DNA from: Eubacteriales bacterium
Lineage (GTDB): Bacteria; Bacillota; Clostridia; Oscillospirales; CAG-382
NCBI GenBank assembly: GCA_050953105.1
Contig: JBMNMA010000007.1
Span: 198,923 to 262,922, forward strand
Direction: 5' to 3'
DNA: 64,000 bases
Every line of letters begins with the position of its first letter. Position 1 is the stretch's first letter. Below are positions 63,416 to 64,000 of this stretch, in pieces. The notes below the pieces were generated by a model that did not search any database, was not told the origin of the DNA, and was given only the letters and a program-made list of their open reading frames with translations. The position numbers and the translations under genes are program-made.

Positions 63416-64000
63416 ATGGAAAACTTAAAGCAAAAAGCCTCGAAATGCATGGAATATATAAAGGAAAAGGGAATCGACAAGGCATCCTGCATGGTGTCCT
63501 CCCGGGTGGTCAGCGAATTTAACGTGGACAGCGGCGAATTTTCCCTTTTCAGAACATTGTTCGACAACTCCCTTTCGGTAACCGTCTATAATCAGGGCAA
63601 AAAGGGAAGTGTCGGCGTCAACCGCATAGACGACGATTCCATGCGTCAGGCGGTGGAAAACTGTATTGCTGCATCCGAATCCGCCACACCCGACGACGCC
63701 TGGGATATAGCTCCCCTTGACCAAAACTGCGACTTTGTAACCGGCTGTCCCGAACCTGATACCACAAAGCTCTTTGAACGCACCAAGGAACTGCTTAGCG
63801 ATATAAACAAACGCCACCCCAAAATAATGGTAGAGCAGATGATTATAAAGCATATCAGCGGCAAAGGGGTTTACCAAAACTCCAACGGCGTTGAGTATAC
63901 CACTTTAAGCGGGCAGTATCTTATAGACCTCATGTTTTCCGCCCATGAGGGCAACCTTTCCTCCTCCTTCTACGGCTCCGGGGTAGCCACTGATAATCTT
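63416..64000 (+). CDS. pmbA: PmbA/TldE family protein, N-terminal part; runs off the right edge
   Basis: ATG 63416 lies 1 nt after the tldD stop, preceded by a GGAGG RBS. The frame is open to the window end ('MENLKQKASKCMEYIKEKGIDKASCMVSSRVVSEFNVDSGEF...'). It is missing from the ORF track because no stop falls in the window. Confidence 0.75.
   Translation, partial: MENLKQKASKCMEYIKEKGIDKASCMVSSRVVSEFNVDSGEFSLFRTLFDNSLSVTVYNQGKKGSVGVNRIDDDSMRQAVENCIAASESATPDDAWDIAPLDQNCDFVTGCPEPDTTKLFERTKELLSDINKRHPKIMVEQMIIKHISGKGVYQNSNGVEYTTLSGQYLIDLMFSAHEGNLSSSFYGSGVATDNL

Noticed and set aside
63425-63877. 150-aa minus-strand ORF
   Set aside because: It is antisense to the open pmbA frame, which starts with a good RBS 1 nt after tldD.

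Overview
This window looks like a mostly housekeeping chromosomal segment of a spore-forming Firmicute of the class Clostridia. That call rests on sporulation genes (ytvI, ytfI/ytfJ, a dacB-like gene), C-terminal dockerin modules and Bacillus-like synteny. About 66 protein genes are packed tightly, mostly on the + strand. The main blocks are:
- nifS-thiI and nusB-xseA-xseB-ispA-dxs-tlyA-nadK-argR-recN.
- scpA-scpB-ytfI-ytfJ-dacB-rluB-yhbY-nadD-yqeK-rsfS-leuS-mscL.
- gpmI, thiamine pyrophosphokinase, an orphan oadB, an ACT/UPF0210 pair and SOS-regulated dinB.
- Translationally coupled gltX-glnS, rph, nagB and two CNNM/CBS transporters.
- A minus-strand MoxR-DUF58-transglutaminase operon, then nadE, a CotH-dockerin protein and tldD/pmbA.

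Two tRNAs, Gln-CUG and Glu-CUC, lie on the minus strand. I saw no CRISPR array, rRNA, prophage, transposase or recognisable defence system.

The most unusual items are:
1. A DUF559 (Vsr-like) endonuclease gene bracketed by ~50-nt structured inverted repeats, sitting between a strong promoter and gltX-glnS.
2. A small Cys-rich protein with an (X-Pro-Pro)n tract and a BclA/C1q-like C-terminal domain, behind a sigma-K-like promoter.
3. A SHOCT-like protein with a periodic His/Cys repeat ladder.
4. nadE, whose conserved N-terminus can only be translated from a non-canonical ATT (or CTG) start.
5. A lipoprotein gene broken at a C4 homopolymer.
6. An AraC-linked HxxxD acyltransferase plus membrane-protein pair.

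All functional calls come from motif recognition by eye; no searches were run.
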